From assembly GCF_054482525.1 (NCBI RefSeq), contig NZ_CM137006.1: a DNA stretch of 64,000 nt; one strand, 5' to 3'. Of this stretch, positions 1 to 8,380 are shown one piece after another (positions within the stretch are counted from its first letter, which is position 1; every line of letters begins with the position of its first letter). The notes beneath the pieces are model-generated. The model had not been told where the DNA came from, did no database searches, and saw only the letters and a list, made by a program, of their open reading frames with translations. Position numbers and translations under genes: made by a program.

Positions 1-267
1 CGCCGTTTCCTGTTCGAACTTGAGGCGTTCACGTTCGGACTGATACCAGGCCTTACGGTCATGTGGCTCCATTTCTTCCAGTGATGCCGGAACGGGAAGA
101 TCAAGAAAACAGGTCAGAATGTCAGTCACCCGATAGAGTTTCAGCTTGTCATGCCCTCCGGCTGGCTGGATGTTTTTCAGCCTTGCCGCCGCAGTCTGAC
201 GACATATTCCCGCTATCGCCGCCAGTTGATTAATGTTCAGCATCAGATTTTTCAGTTCTCGATCCAT
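1..267 (-). CDS. Putative terminase small subunit / packaging HTH protein, N-terminal part (gene continues past window start)
   Basis: Manual reverse translation from ATG at 267 gives MDRELKNLMLNINQLAAIAGICRQTAAARLKNIQPAGG..., an HTH-containing N-terminus resembling lambda Nu1-type small terminases. GGAG Shine-Dalgarno lies upstream. Not in the ORF track because it is truncated. Confidence 0.4.
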   Translation of the reverse strand, partial: MDRELKNLMLNINQLAAIAGICRQTAAARLKNIQPAGGHDKLKLYRVTDILTCFLDLPVPASLEEMEPHDRKAWYQSERERLKFEQETA

Positions 268-412
268 ACCCGCTCCAGAATGTTTTAAACATGCATCTTG
301 CGAACAACTTTCAGAAGAGGTCAAAAAATGCGCTATATGTTGAGCATAAAACAAGCAAAATTAACATGCCAAAAATAAAAATACTTAAAATTCAATACAA
401 TATGAAGATGAT

Positions 413-492
413 GATGACGAATGAAAATGCAAAAACTAGCCTTTTTCCGCGCCGCTCCCGCCCCGTGGCAGACCACTCCACCGGGAGGACCC
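413..492 (-). promoter_or_regulatory. Conserved satellite element, copy 1, between the capsid terminator and the terminase-like gene
   Basis: About 72 bp (421-492) roughly 90 percent identical to 2955-3026 and in the same orientation. Contains the inverted repeat CTCCCG...CGGGAG with a nested GTGG...CCAC. Confidence 0.4.
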
Positions 493-517
493 GTAAAAAA
501 GGCGGCTGTCGCCGCCC
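493..517 (-). terminator. Rho-independent terminator after the protease-capsid gene
   Basis: Hairpin GGCGGCTGTCGCCGCC (501-516) followed on the minus strand by a T-run (A-run 495-500 on plus), directly after the capsid stop at 524. Confidence 0.55.
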
Positions 518-523
518 TTGTTG

Positions 524-2437
524 TCATGCTCCACTCGATTTCAGTAATCCGCGATAATCGAGGGCCGCGACACCTGCATCTATGCGCACTTTCCAGGCGA
601 CACCATCAACAGTAAAGCCCACCTGCTCCTCAAGATATGGCGTATCCATACCATCAAGATAAGCGACTTCTATTGTGTCCATCCCCTTAGCTGCGGCTAC
701 ATACCATTCCTTGCTATTGGCCTTATCAAGACGTGGCTCAACAATTACTTCTGCCATATCTTTCACCACGTTAATGATGCCGGGGTTCTGATTGATAGTG
801 CTCTCATCACCAACCGGAAAGACTGATGACGATGACAGAATGGCGCGACGCGCGGCAGATTCCAGCGCGGCAGGGACCAGAACAAAAGCAGGGGTAATAT
901 TCAGTGAGTCGCCGTTAGCATCCTCCTGGAGGCGCATCAGCTTACGGGCTTCATCAAGCCCCACCATGTCCATATCCTTCGCAATAAGATTTTTATGATC
1001 GGCATGGAATAACGCTTTACCATCCGTAAATTTGCCGTTGCTGGTTAACAGAAGATAAACCAGATTACCTACTGTTCTGGCGGCCGCACGCCCCATCGCC
1101 ATGGGGATTGTAGTTAACTGGGTCAGGTCATCGTTGATAATGGCCTGACGGGTAACAGAAAAAATATTACCGTATGTGGCCAGCGCAATAGGTACACCTT
1201 TATCGCTGGTGGTGATGTATTTATATTCCGCACCTTCCGGTACTTTATCCAGCTTTGAAAAACCATTCAGACCAACGCGCTTTGCTTCATGAAAGTTTGA
1301 AAGCGATCCGGTACGCGTCCATTTCTGGAACGTTTCGCCGCTGTCCTGCCAGCCTTTCAGCACTGATTTTTCAGCACCACCAGCCAGAATATGAGAAAAA
1401 TCGCTGCTGCTGTGTGTGAAAGCTGCATTAACGACCTGCGAGCGATTTAAAAAACTGCCAACACTGATACCACGATCAGTTAGTGATGCCTGGGCCATTT
1501 CAAAAAGGCTCATCATCGCGTAAGGATTTCCCCGCTCTGGGCGTTCATACCCAAGACGAGAATAAAGCCCCTGACGAATTGCATCGCCTGTTATGTTCCC
1601 GTTACCGGCATAAATATGAGTCGGGATATTTTTATTGGATGGCGTGGACTCGCGCCCCAGCTCGTTCAACAACTTTTCACGGGCCATCTCCGGTGTACAT
1701 GATGCATCCTCCAGGCACGCCATTTTGATCCCGTCGTAACGACTGCCGAACAGGCTAAACACTTCACTTATTCCGTTGATGCGCTTCTGTTCATTACCAG
1801 CAATATTGGCTGCTCCCTGTGGCGGGGTAATCATTCCTTTAATGGTTTCAGGCATGTGTGAAAAATCTCCTGTGCGTTTCGATTCAATTCGCGCCATTGC
1901 TGTGACAGATGGCAACAATTCATCAGCAAAACCGTGCTTAAGGCATTCTTTCCCGTCCATCCAGGTTTCATCTTCCAGCATGGCGGTAATTTCCTGTGCT
2001 GATTTGCCCGTTTTTCTGGCATAAGCAGGGACTAACACGGTTTCCACCTTATCCAGCAAATCAGCATAATCACGCATATCACCAGCATTTCCGCCAGAGA
2101 TACCCCACGGCTTATGTATCATCATCATGGCGTTTTCCGGCATCACAACACGATCGCCAGCCATTGCGACAACCGAAGCCATTGAAGCCGCAACACCATC
2201 GATATAAACCGTAATTTCTGCCGGATGATTCCGTAACAGGTTATAGATGGCGATGCCTTCAAACACGTCACCACCTGGCGAATGGATCCGCAGGTCGATA
2301 TGTGAGACATCGCCCAGGGCTTTCAGGTCTTCCGCAAACTGCTTCGCGGTAATACCGAAGCCGCCAATTTCTTCATAGATGGATATTTCTGCCGCTCCGC
2401 GAACACCCAGCGCCTTAATGGTGTACCAGTGATTCAT
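524..2437 (-). CDS. Prohead protease (ClpP/S14-like) fused to HK97-fold major capsid protein
   Basis: 637 aa. N-terminal 200 aa carry ClpP-like motifs (GVAASMAS with the catalytic serine context, HKP histidine). The C-terminal ~400 aa resemble HK97-family major capsid proteins. Confidence 0.7.
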   Translation of the reverse strand: MNHWYTIKALGVRGAAEISIYEEIGGFGITAKQFAEDLKALGDVSHIDLRIHSPGGDVFEGIAIYNLLRNHPAEITVYIDGVAASMASVVAMAGDRVVMPENAMMMIHKPWGISGGNAGDMRDYADLLDKVETVLVPAYARKTGKSAQEITAMLEDETWMDGKECLKHGFADELLPSVTAMARIESKRTGDFSHMPETIKGMITPPQGAANIAGNEQKRINGISEVFSLFGSRYDGIKMACLEDASCTPEMAREKLLNELGRESTPSNKNIPTHIYAGNGNITGDAIRQGLYSRLGYERPERGNPYAMMSLFEMAQASLTDRGISVGSFLNRSQVVNAAFTHSSSDFSHILAGGAEKSVLKGWQDSGETFQKWTRTGSLSNFHEAKRVGLNGFSKLDKVPEGAEYKYITTSDKGVPIALATYGNIFSVTRQAIINDDLTQLTTIPMAMGRAAARTVGNLVYLLLTSNGKFTDGKALFHADHKNLIAKDMDMVGLDEARKLMRLQEDANGDSLNITPAFVLVPAALESAARRAILSSSSVFPVGDESTINQNPGIINVVKDMAEVIVEPRLDKANSKEWYVAAAKGMDTIEVAYLDGMDTPYLEEQVGFTVDGVAWKVRIDAGVAALDYRGLLKSSGA

Positions 2438-2643
2438 TGCTCCCCCCCAGATGCAAAACCATTCTTATCAAGCCACGCGTTAACCGCGTGTCTGACAATC
2501 TGCGCCGCACCTGGTAATGGTTGGTCAGGATGATGATTTATGTGGTCGATCCTGTACTGCTTAAGGCGCATAACGGTCTGCGCATCCAGATGAACGGAAC
2601 CACCTTTTACCTCGCCTGTGTTCAGGTCGTTAATACAATTCAC
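2434..2643 (-). CDS. Small hypothetical protein upstream of and overlapping the capsid gene
   Basis: 69-aa ORF with a GTG start preceded by AAGAGGAAG, overlapping the capsid start by 4 nt. Function unknown. Confidence 0.4.
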   Translation of the reverse strand: MNCINDLNTGEVKGGSVHLDAQTVMRLKQYRIDHINHHPDQPLPGAAQIVRHAVNAWLDKNGFASGGEQ

Positions 2644-2743
2644 AGTAACTTCCTCTTACTGACTAAACTGCGCGCATTATTGATCGATAAAAGTGGTAGA
2701 TAAACATATTTCTATCATAAAAATAGATTAATCAGATTCAGAC

Positions 2744-2769
2744 ACAAAAAAGCCGGAGAGAATCCGGCA
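2744..2769 (-). terminator. Rho-independent terminator (minus strand) inside the SSB-capsid intergenic region
   Basis: Hairpin GCCGGAGAGAATCCGGC (2752-2768) followed on the minus strand by TTTTTT. Confidence 0.5.
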
Positions 2770-2954
2770 TAAATATCCCGCCATCTGAACACGTTTTGCA
2801 CAGGCAACTCCATCTGGCAGGTGAAAAACAAATTTATTTATATATTTCAATTAATTGCAAACTGGTCTAATGACAGGGAGAAAAAAATATTGTACAGGTG
2901 AAAACAGAAATAACTTTTAATTATCAATAAATTACTACACATGCTGCCGCCGCC

Positions 2955-3026
2955 ATGAAAATGCAAAAACCAGCCTTTTTCCGCGACGCTCCCGCCCCGT
3001 GGCAGGTCACTACACCGGGAGGACCC
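2955..3026 (-). promoter_or_regulatory. Conserved satellite element, copy 2, between the SSB terminator and the capsid operon
   Basis: Direct repeat of 421-492. The same CTCCCG...CGGGAG dyad is retained. Confidence 0.4.
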
Positions 3027-3052
3027 ATAAAAAAGCCGGATTGCTCCGGCTT
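3027..3052 (-). terminator. Rho-independent terminator after the SSB gene
   Basis: Hairpin AGCCGGATTGCTCCGGCT (3034-3051) followed on the minus strand by a T-run, just 3' of the SSB stop at 3067. Confidence 0.55.
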
Positions 3053-3066
3053 CTGTTACTCGTTGC

Positions 3067-3489
3067 TTAAAACGGTATGTTATCCCCGTACGGATCATCA
3101 TTTCCCGCCTGTTGTTTTGCTCTGCTCAGTGCATCAGTAGCCTGCCCCTGTTGGCCTTTTTTGCCGCCCGGTCGCGCCGTTCTCGCACTGATTACGCTGT
3201 CTGCGATAACCTGCCAGCCCTGCCGCGTCTCCCCGTTCTGTCCGGTCCACTGGCTCACCTGCATGTTACCCGCCACGCTCAGGAGTTCACCCTTGCGGTG
3301 CTTTGCCAGTGCTTCGGCCTGTCTGCCAAACGCCAGGACGGATAACCACATCGTCGCCGTTCCGTCATCTGCCTGGCTGCACGGAAGTGGGACCGCCATA
3401 CTCGCCATCGTCATTTGTGTACCCTTGCTGGTGGTCTTTAACTGCGGGTCAGCCACCAGCCGCCCGTAAGCCGCTATCTGTGCTGTCAT
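3067..3489 (-). CDS. ssb: Single-stranded DNA-binding protein (phage/plasmid type)
   Basis: 140 aa. OB-fold core WLSVLAFGRQAEALAKHRKGELLSVAGNMQVSQWTGQNGETRQGWQVIADSV parallels E. coli SSB [52 protein letters not shown]. Gly/Gln-rich linker and acidic tail DDPYGDNIPF. Confidence 0.75.
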   Translation of the reverse strand: MTAQIAAYGRLVADPQLKTTSKGTQMTMASMAVPLPCSQADDGTATMWLSVLAFGRQAEALAKHRKGELLSVAGNMQVSQWTGQNGETRQGWQVIADSVISARTARPGGKKGQQGQATDALSRAKQQAGNDDPYGDNIPF

Positions 3490-3731
3490 GCTGTCTGCTC
3501 TCCGGTTTTAACGTTGATGGTTGTCACCTGTTCCGCTTCGGCAATCTCCCGTTCTGTCAGCGTGGCAAAGTTTGCAGCTGCCGTTGTCATGAATGAGCTA
3601 ATCAGTTCGGGATGTGCTTTCGCATATCCTTCCCCGGCGTTGCGGTCGATGATTTTTATCGACACCCTTAACCAGTGTTCCGTCAAATCAAGGGCGTGCG
3701 ATTGTGATTTTTTTGTGTGCTTCGCTGTCAT
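3486..3731 (-). CDS. Small hypothetical protein between the origin and ssb
   Basis: 81-aa ORF whose stop overlaps the ssb start (ATGA). No recognisable motif. Confidence 0.4.
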   Translation of the reverse strand: MTAKHTKKSQSHALDLTEHWLRVSIKIIDRNAGEGYAKAHPELISSFMTTAAANFATLTEREIAEAEQVTTINVKTGEQTA

Positions 3732-3782
3732 AGGCTTTATCTCACAGCAGTAAATTAAAATTTTTGCGTTTTAACCCTTCAC

Positions 3783-4005
3783 CTGTTCACCTTTTGATAT
3801 TTTATCTTTTAATTCATAATGTTAAGGGGTGAACAGTTTCACAAAAACTATTCACCAACTGTTCACCACTGTTCACCCTTGAAGCTCAATAAACAATCAA
3901 AAAGGTGAACAGTGAATAGTTTGGTGAACAGTTCATAAATAACTGTTCACCCTATAACATACTGATACAAAAGATATTTATGACAGGGTGAACAGTGGTG
4001 AACAG
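3783..4005. repeat. Iteron array, putative satellite origin of replication
   Basis: Nine copies of GGTGAACAG or its complement CTGTTCACC at 3783, 3828, 3859, 3869, 3904, 3923, 3943, 3987 and 3997, separated by AT-rich spacers, immediately 3' of the replication-protein gene. Confidence 0.7.
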
Positions 4006-4018
4006 TTATTCCATAAGT

Positions 4019-5851
4019 TTAATTTTTGCTATCGTCATTAGTGACCGATACACATGATGGCATCCAGTCTTCTGATTCCTCCGTCAGTGTCACGTTTGAA
4101 CGCAAACCGTGCTTCGTTTTCCGTTTCATATACTCCCTGCCATATTCCGCCATTGCCCCCGGCATATCTTTACCGAAGCGCGTCAGTGTTACAGGTTTAC
4201 CAAACCCATGTGCCCTCATATAAGCCAGATAGGCATGATAGAGATACCTGCGTGGGCTGAATGGCACAATTTCAGCATTACCCACTAACAGGCCATCACA
4301 CATTACCGACGCCATGAGATAGCCGCAGAAGTCCACCAGCGAATCACCTTCACGCTTTATCGCGAGTGCTTCTTCTGATTTCTGCTGCTCATATAAAAGG
4401 CGTCTGGCTTCGTCCTGGTCAGCAAACCGTGTAAGCAGATGGCGAATCACTACCGCCAGCTCACCTTCTATTTTTTCCGCCAGCATTGGATCACGTTCGT
4501 TCTCCGGTACAACTTCCGAAAAATTGAATATCACCCGACGACGTGAGATCCCCCCGCTGCGGTCACTGAATGACATGGCGTTATTGTTAACCGCCAGCAC
4601 TACTGCCGGAATACGCGTTGAGTAGGGGGCTTTGTGTTTCGGGTCAATTGCCACCTTGTCACCGCCTGTAATAGCCTTAATCCCTGCCCCATCACCAGCG
4701 TAGCGGGTCATATCCGGCATGATAATCAGCGAAAAGCCAACCACTAACGCGCGTTCCCTTGCATCTTCCAGCGCCTTCATGCTTGCCGATACTGTGTTGG
4801 CCTTACCCGCCAGCATGGTGCAAATCTCCGCCATCACGCTTTTACCACTTCCCCCTGGACCTGTTACCTCAATGAATAACTGCCAGTCGTACCGGTTCGC
4901 CAGCACCATGAATAATGCAGCCAGTACGCGATCCGCCTTGCGGTCATTCTCAGCCACCGAACGGCGTAACCACTTCCAGAAATTCGGCGCATGTGTTGCC
5001 AGCGTTTCCCCCTCTGCTGGTGGGCTGAAAGGTAATTCACTGGCAATTAACAACCAGTCGTTTTTGTTATGCTCCCGAAAATTACCTGTTCTGGTATCAA
5101 ATACCCCGTTACTGAATCCAATCAGGTTACGGGCTGTATTCCCCATTACAGGCAAACTTAACTTCATGGTATCGACCGCCGATTTAATGGCGTTCTGCGA
5201 ATAGCTGATCTCCGCATCAATGAAAATCTGTGCCATAGCTCGCTGTAATTCTTTATCCTGTACTGGCTCCCATACAACGCCGTTGTAATGGTGAACAGTG
5301 TCAGAGTCAGCATGAATCGCCAGTTCACCGCCATAATGTGCCAGGAGAACTTCGCCGCGTTGACTTGCTCCCATCTGGTTAAGCGCCAGTGATGAAGCGT
5401 TATCGTCTTTTACCCGCTCTTTTTTCTTTACAGGCAGTTCAACTACCTTTTTCTTTTCCGCCAGCTCTGCCCGTTCACGTTCCAGATATTCGCGCCAGTT
5501 CTCCCGTTTCTGGCTGTGCATTCCTTCAGGGTAATAATCAGCATCCCTGACACCTGCCGCTGCCAGTTTCTGCCCGATGGTATTAACAAGCCCCGGACGC
5601 AATAACCCCGCCTGATAGAGACGCACGCGATAGCGTCCGTCCGGTACGATTTGCAGGTTGTCCAGTTCGGCAAGTTGTTGCTCTCCAAGCCAGACAGGTG
5701 GCACGTTATCGCCAGCCAGTCGCCCGTCCTGTTCCTGCCACTGATTCGCATGTGCCCACGCATCACTACCCGCAAAAATGATGACTTCCGTCATTTTGTC
5801 ACGCGGCTGGTGTTTTAAATTTGGCGCTTTTTTCATTTCTGCTCTCTCCAC
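4019..5851 (-). CDS. Replication initiator, P4 alpha-like primase/helicase family (D5_N plus SF3 NTPase)
   Basis: 610 aa with Walker A GPGGSGKS and the general architecture of phage/plasmid primase P4-family C-terminal domains. Sits next to the iteron array. Confidence 0.7.
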   Translation of the reverse strand: MERAEMKKAPNLKHQPRDKMTEVIIFAGSDAWAHANQWQEQDGRLAGDNVPPVWLGEQQLAELDNLQIVPDGRYRVRLYQAGLLRPGLVNTIGQKLAAAGVRDADYYPEGMHSQKRENWREYLERERAELAEKKKVVELPVKKKERVKDDNASSLALNQMGASQRGEVLLAHYGGELAIHADSDTVHHYNGVVWEPVQDKELQRAMAQIFIDAEISYSQNAIKSAVDTMKLSLPVMGNTARNLIGFSNGVFDTRTGNFREHNKNDWLLIASELPFSPPAEGETLATHAPNFWKWLRRSVAENDRKADRVLAALFMVLANRYDWQLFIEVTGPGGSGKSVMAEICTMLAGKANTVSASMKALEDARERALVVGFSLIIMPDMTRYAGDGAGIKAITGGDKVAIDPKHKAPYSTRIPAVVLAVNNNAMSFSDRSGGISRRRVIFNFSEVVPENERDPMLAEKIEGELAVVIRHLLTRFADQDEARRLLYEQQKSEEALAIKREGDSLVDFCGYLMASVMCDGLLVGNAEIVPFSPRRYLYHAYLAYMRAHGFGKPVTLTRFGKDMPGAMAEYGREYMKRKTKHGLRSNVTLTEESEDWMPSCVSVTNDDSKN

Positions 5852-6132
5852 GCGGCAATCATGTTTTTCAGTTCCTGTAGTTTTTTATCAACATCCATAC
5901 ATGACACATGGTTATTTCTGGAAAGCGGGATTTCCCGCCTGAATCTGCTAATAAAGATCTCCACGTTCAGCGAACTATGAAATGAATAGCCATCACGAAT
6001 AAAATACACACGGTCAAACATCAGTTCTTTTACCGTTACTCTGTTACCGTTCTTATCCAGATAAATAGCGCCGGGGATAATTTTGGGGTGTGCATAACCG
6101 CTGGCAGTCAAGCCAGATAAATATGTTCTCAT
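5833..6132 (-). CDS. Small hypothetical protein of the replication operon
   Basis: 99 aa, Shine-Dalgarno GGGGA upstream, 3' end overlaps the start of the replication gene. Confidence 0.45.
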   Translation of the reverse strand: MRTYLSGLTASGYAHPKIIPGAIYLDKNGNRVTVKELMFDRVYFIRDGYSFHSSLNVEIFISRFRREIPLSRNNHVSCMDVDKKLQELKNMIAAWREQK

Positions 6133-6138
6133 GATTAT

Positions 6139-6451
6139 TTATCCCCGATTTGAATCAGTATTCGCTTTCTTTATGGCATTTAATGCATCTGTGGCATTTT
6201 CAATGGTGCACCGTAACGAAATATCAAACTGCCCAAGCATTGCCAGTAACAAACCGATATTACCCATATCAATGCGCATAGCCTTTTCGTCATAGTCCTC
6301 ATTTTCTGACGCATGCCACATCAGGCTACCAATTGACGCAATACCCATTGATATATTGTCAGTAGCCCCATCCGCAGCGGAATAAACCTTTTTAGCAATA
6401 TCATGCTCACAGTTAAAATGCGGATTAATCAGGTACTGGTAATTTGACATA
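6139..6451 (-). CDS. Small hypothetical protein of the replication operon
   Basis: 104 aa starting [15 protein letters not shown]. The ORF-track entry 6139..6894 is longer, but its 5' extension is Pro/Arg/Leu-rich junk. The ATG at 6451 overlaps the TGA of the upstream gene. Confidence 0.45.
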
Positions 6452-6991
6452 TCAGGCATGGCACACCCCCTGGCGAATACGGGCGGCGAATACAGCAACA
6501 CAACCGGACGGGCAGCGGTTACGCGCTTCACGTTCCGTCCAGGCGGTGACGTGGATGATTTGATGGTCTGACGCGCCAAAGATGATAAAGCGCCAGAGAA
6601 AGGCGGTTTGAGAATGTACAAGGGTAGGGATAGTAGCCATGTTGGCAGCCTCCTTTGACAGTGAAGAATTTCCACCGCAGGAAACGCCAATTTCGCTGGC
6701 GGTGGACTGAACGGGGTTGGCGTAACCGGCGTCAAAGGGAACCGGCGCTTCCGAAGAAGCCCCCGCCCAGCCCACCATAACTTTGATGTGAGCGAATGCG
6801 GACGATAAAAAAGACGCTGGCGCGTCATATATCGCCTTTGACATTTCCAGGACGCCAATCCCGGCACCAGATTTTGCTGGTGCGGATAAATCATAGCCCT
6901 GGCTTGCAGTGGCGATCAACTGGTTTTTTACACCCGCTTTATTCAGGTTGTGCGAGTCCCGCCCTTGCGGGTGTGTGGTATGATTTCTCAT
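6452..6991 (-). CDS. Hypothetical protein, first gene of the replication operon
   Basis: 179 aa from ATG at 6991 with GAGG Shine-Dalgarno. This is the 3' part of ORF-track entry 6452..7741, whose upstream part overlaps the operators and the plus-strand regulator gene. Stop overlaps the next start. Ala/Gly/Ser-rich, no recognised motif. Confidence 0.35.
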   Translation of the reverse strand: MRNHTTHPQGRDSHNLNKAGVKNQLIATASQGYDLSAPAKSGAGIGVLEMSKAIYDAPASFLSSAFAHIKVMVGWAGASSEAPVPFDAGYANPVQSTASEIGVSCGGNSSLSKEAANMATIPTLVHSQTAFLWRFIIFGASDHQIIHVTAWTEREARNRCPSGCVAVFAARIRQGVCHA

Positions 6992-7088
6992 AGCGACCTC
7001 GATACTATCGTTATCGTTGGTGGTTAGAAGCCCCGTTACTGCTCCAACAGTGCGGGGTTTCGTCGTTTCTGCACCTTGCATCAACAAG

Positions 7089-7140
7089 GTGTTGAACACC
7101 AATGTAAACTCAGGTGTTGAACACGTCAAGTGTTGAACAC
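7089..7140. promoter_or_regulatory. Three direct copies of the 11-bp near-palindrome GTGTTGAACAC (operator array) in a divergent promoter region
   Basis: Copies at 7089-7099, 7114-7124 and 7130-7140, between the minus-strand operon start (6991) and the plus-strand small gene (7191). Confidence 0.5.
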
Positions 7141-7190
7141 TTGTTTTTTTTCCTGCATACTGCATTTGTTTTTTGTGAGGGGTACACAAC

Positions 7191-7370
7191 ATGGCGACAA
7201 AAGCAGTAAACGCAAAATCACAAACAGTTGCGGCAAGGGTTCCGCATGAAGTTATGAACAATGTTGAGGCGGTAAAAATGCCTGGTGAAAGTACAGGGCA
7301 ATTTGTAACAGCAGCATTAAAGCGAGAAGTTGAATACCGCCAGCGACGCAAGGCTAAAGAGCAAGAATAA
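7191..7370 (+). CDS. Putative ribbon-helix-helix DNA-binding regulator
   Basis: 59-aa [62 protein letters not shown] found by manual translation; it is below the ORF-track length cutoff. Strand-helix-helix pattern, directly downstream of the operator repeats. Confidence 0.4.
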   Translation: MATKAVNAKSQTVAARVPHEVMNNVEAVKMPGESTGQFVTAALKREVEYRQRRKAKEQE

Positions 7371-7427
7371 TCACTATCAGCGCTGTGGTGTGAGGTACTC
7401 CGGCGCATTGCTTTACAGGTCGGCACT

Positions 7428-7637
7428 ATGAGCAAAAAATACCTATCCACTGAAGAGATTTTCGCAGAACAACGAAGATTGCTTTTACAGAGCATTGTTG
7501 CACGCCAGAAAGAAAAGGCACACGCTAAACAAATGCCACCAAATACAGAACCAGCGCCTACAAAATTTGCGCTTGATGAGTTTCTCAATAAACAGCCCCG
7601 GGTAATGAAAGCTAACAGGAACCGCCCACCAGGCTGA
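7428..7637 (+). CDS. Small hypothetical protein co-oriented with the RHH gene
   Basis: 69-aa ORF followed by a terminator. Confidence 0.3.
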   Translation: MSKKYLSTEEIFAEQRRLLLQSIVARQKEKAHAKQMPPNTEPAPTKFALDEFLNKQPRVMKANRNRPPG

Positions 7638-7701
7638 TCACATTGCCCACCAGCCAGCAAATCGCTATGATGGCTGGGCTTATGTTTAGTGTATTCCCAC
7701 T

Positions 7702-7733
7702 GGCGACCTCTGATCCGGGTCGCCTTTGTTTTA
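7702..7733 (+). terminator. Rho-independent terminator, possibly bidirectional between the plus-strand genes and alpA
   Basis: Hairpin GGCGACC-tctgatccg-GGTCGCC followed by TTTGTTTTA. Confidence 0.5.
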
Positions 7734-7751
7734 TGTGTCATATGCCCCCCT

Positions 7752-7961
7752 TTACGCTGCCTTGCCTGAATTAATGCGATCCCGGCTTTTAACCCATTCC
7801 ATAACCTCGGACAGCAGCCAACCTACAGAACGACCGCCCAGATTACGGCGTGACGGGAAATTCCCTTTTTTCTCCAGTTCATAGCGTGTAGTGCGACACA
7901 CTCCAGTTAACTTACGACATTCATCCTCACGGATTACGCGATCTTCATTTATTTCACGCAT
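7752..7961 (-). CDS. alpA: AlpA/Vis-family transcriptional regulator (excision activator)
   Basis: 69 aa. KSVGW...E.EW core motif and size match AlpA of CP4-57 and Vis of P4. Position next to int is typical. Confidence 0.65.
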   Translation of the reverse strand: MREINEDRVIREDECRKLTGVCRTTRYELEKKGNFPSRRNLGGRSVGWLLSEVMEWVKSRDRINSGKAA

Positions 7962-8380
7962 ACAAAAACCTACATAAAAAATTACGTATATAAACTTTTC
8001 TCTTAGCTGTAGATATATGAGATCGGATATTACTTAGATTCTTTTTTCACCTCTTAAATTAAAAACACAACCTTGCTAAAGGCTTTGTTCGCTAAGGTTC
8101 GTAGAAGCTCGTTAGTGTTTAAAATCGTGTCACGAGTTTTTAAGCGATGCAACAAAAAATGTCGTTATTTGGCATTACGCTTGAATTATCTCATTAAAAA
8201 CAAATAGATAAACCATCAAGTGTTGGAACAATCAAGAAACAGAGAATAAAAGTTCAGAAGAAGACATTCCAATTTTTTGATGGTTGACATATATAAAGCG
8301 AAGATATTTGCAGATATTTTCCGATATTCTACGATTTATTCACGGCTGTAATCTCTTAAAGAAAAAACAGCCGTAATTTG

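Noticed and set aside
421-615. Plus-strand ORFs 421..615 and 2955..3140 with identical 27-aa N-termini (MKMQK...AFFR.APAPWQ)
   Set aside because: The identity comes from the duplicated non-coding element. Both ORFs run antisense through the 3' ends of well-supported minus-strand genes and terminators, so they are unlikely to encode proteins.
3783-4005. Possible CRISPR array because of the repeated 9-mer
   Set aside because: The repeats are only 9 bp, occur in both orientations with irregular 1-35 bp spacing, and sit next to a replication initiator gene. This fits iterons, not CRISPR repeats and spacers.
6139-6894. 251-aa ORF-track entry on the minus strand
   Set aside because: The 5' extension is Pro/Arg/Leu-rich, as expected for an out-of-frame read-through. 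The gene most likely starts at the internal ATG at 6451 (104 aa).
6452-7741. 429-aa minus-strand ORF spanning the whole regulatory region of the satellite
   Set aside because: Its 5' two-thirds overlaps the operator repeats, the plus-strand RHH gene and the following ORF, and the protein is low-complexity. Only the 3' 179 codons (6452-6991), which have a Shine-Dalgarno and a stop overlapping the next start, were kept as a low-confidence gene.
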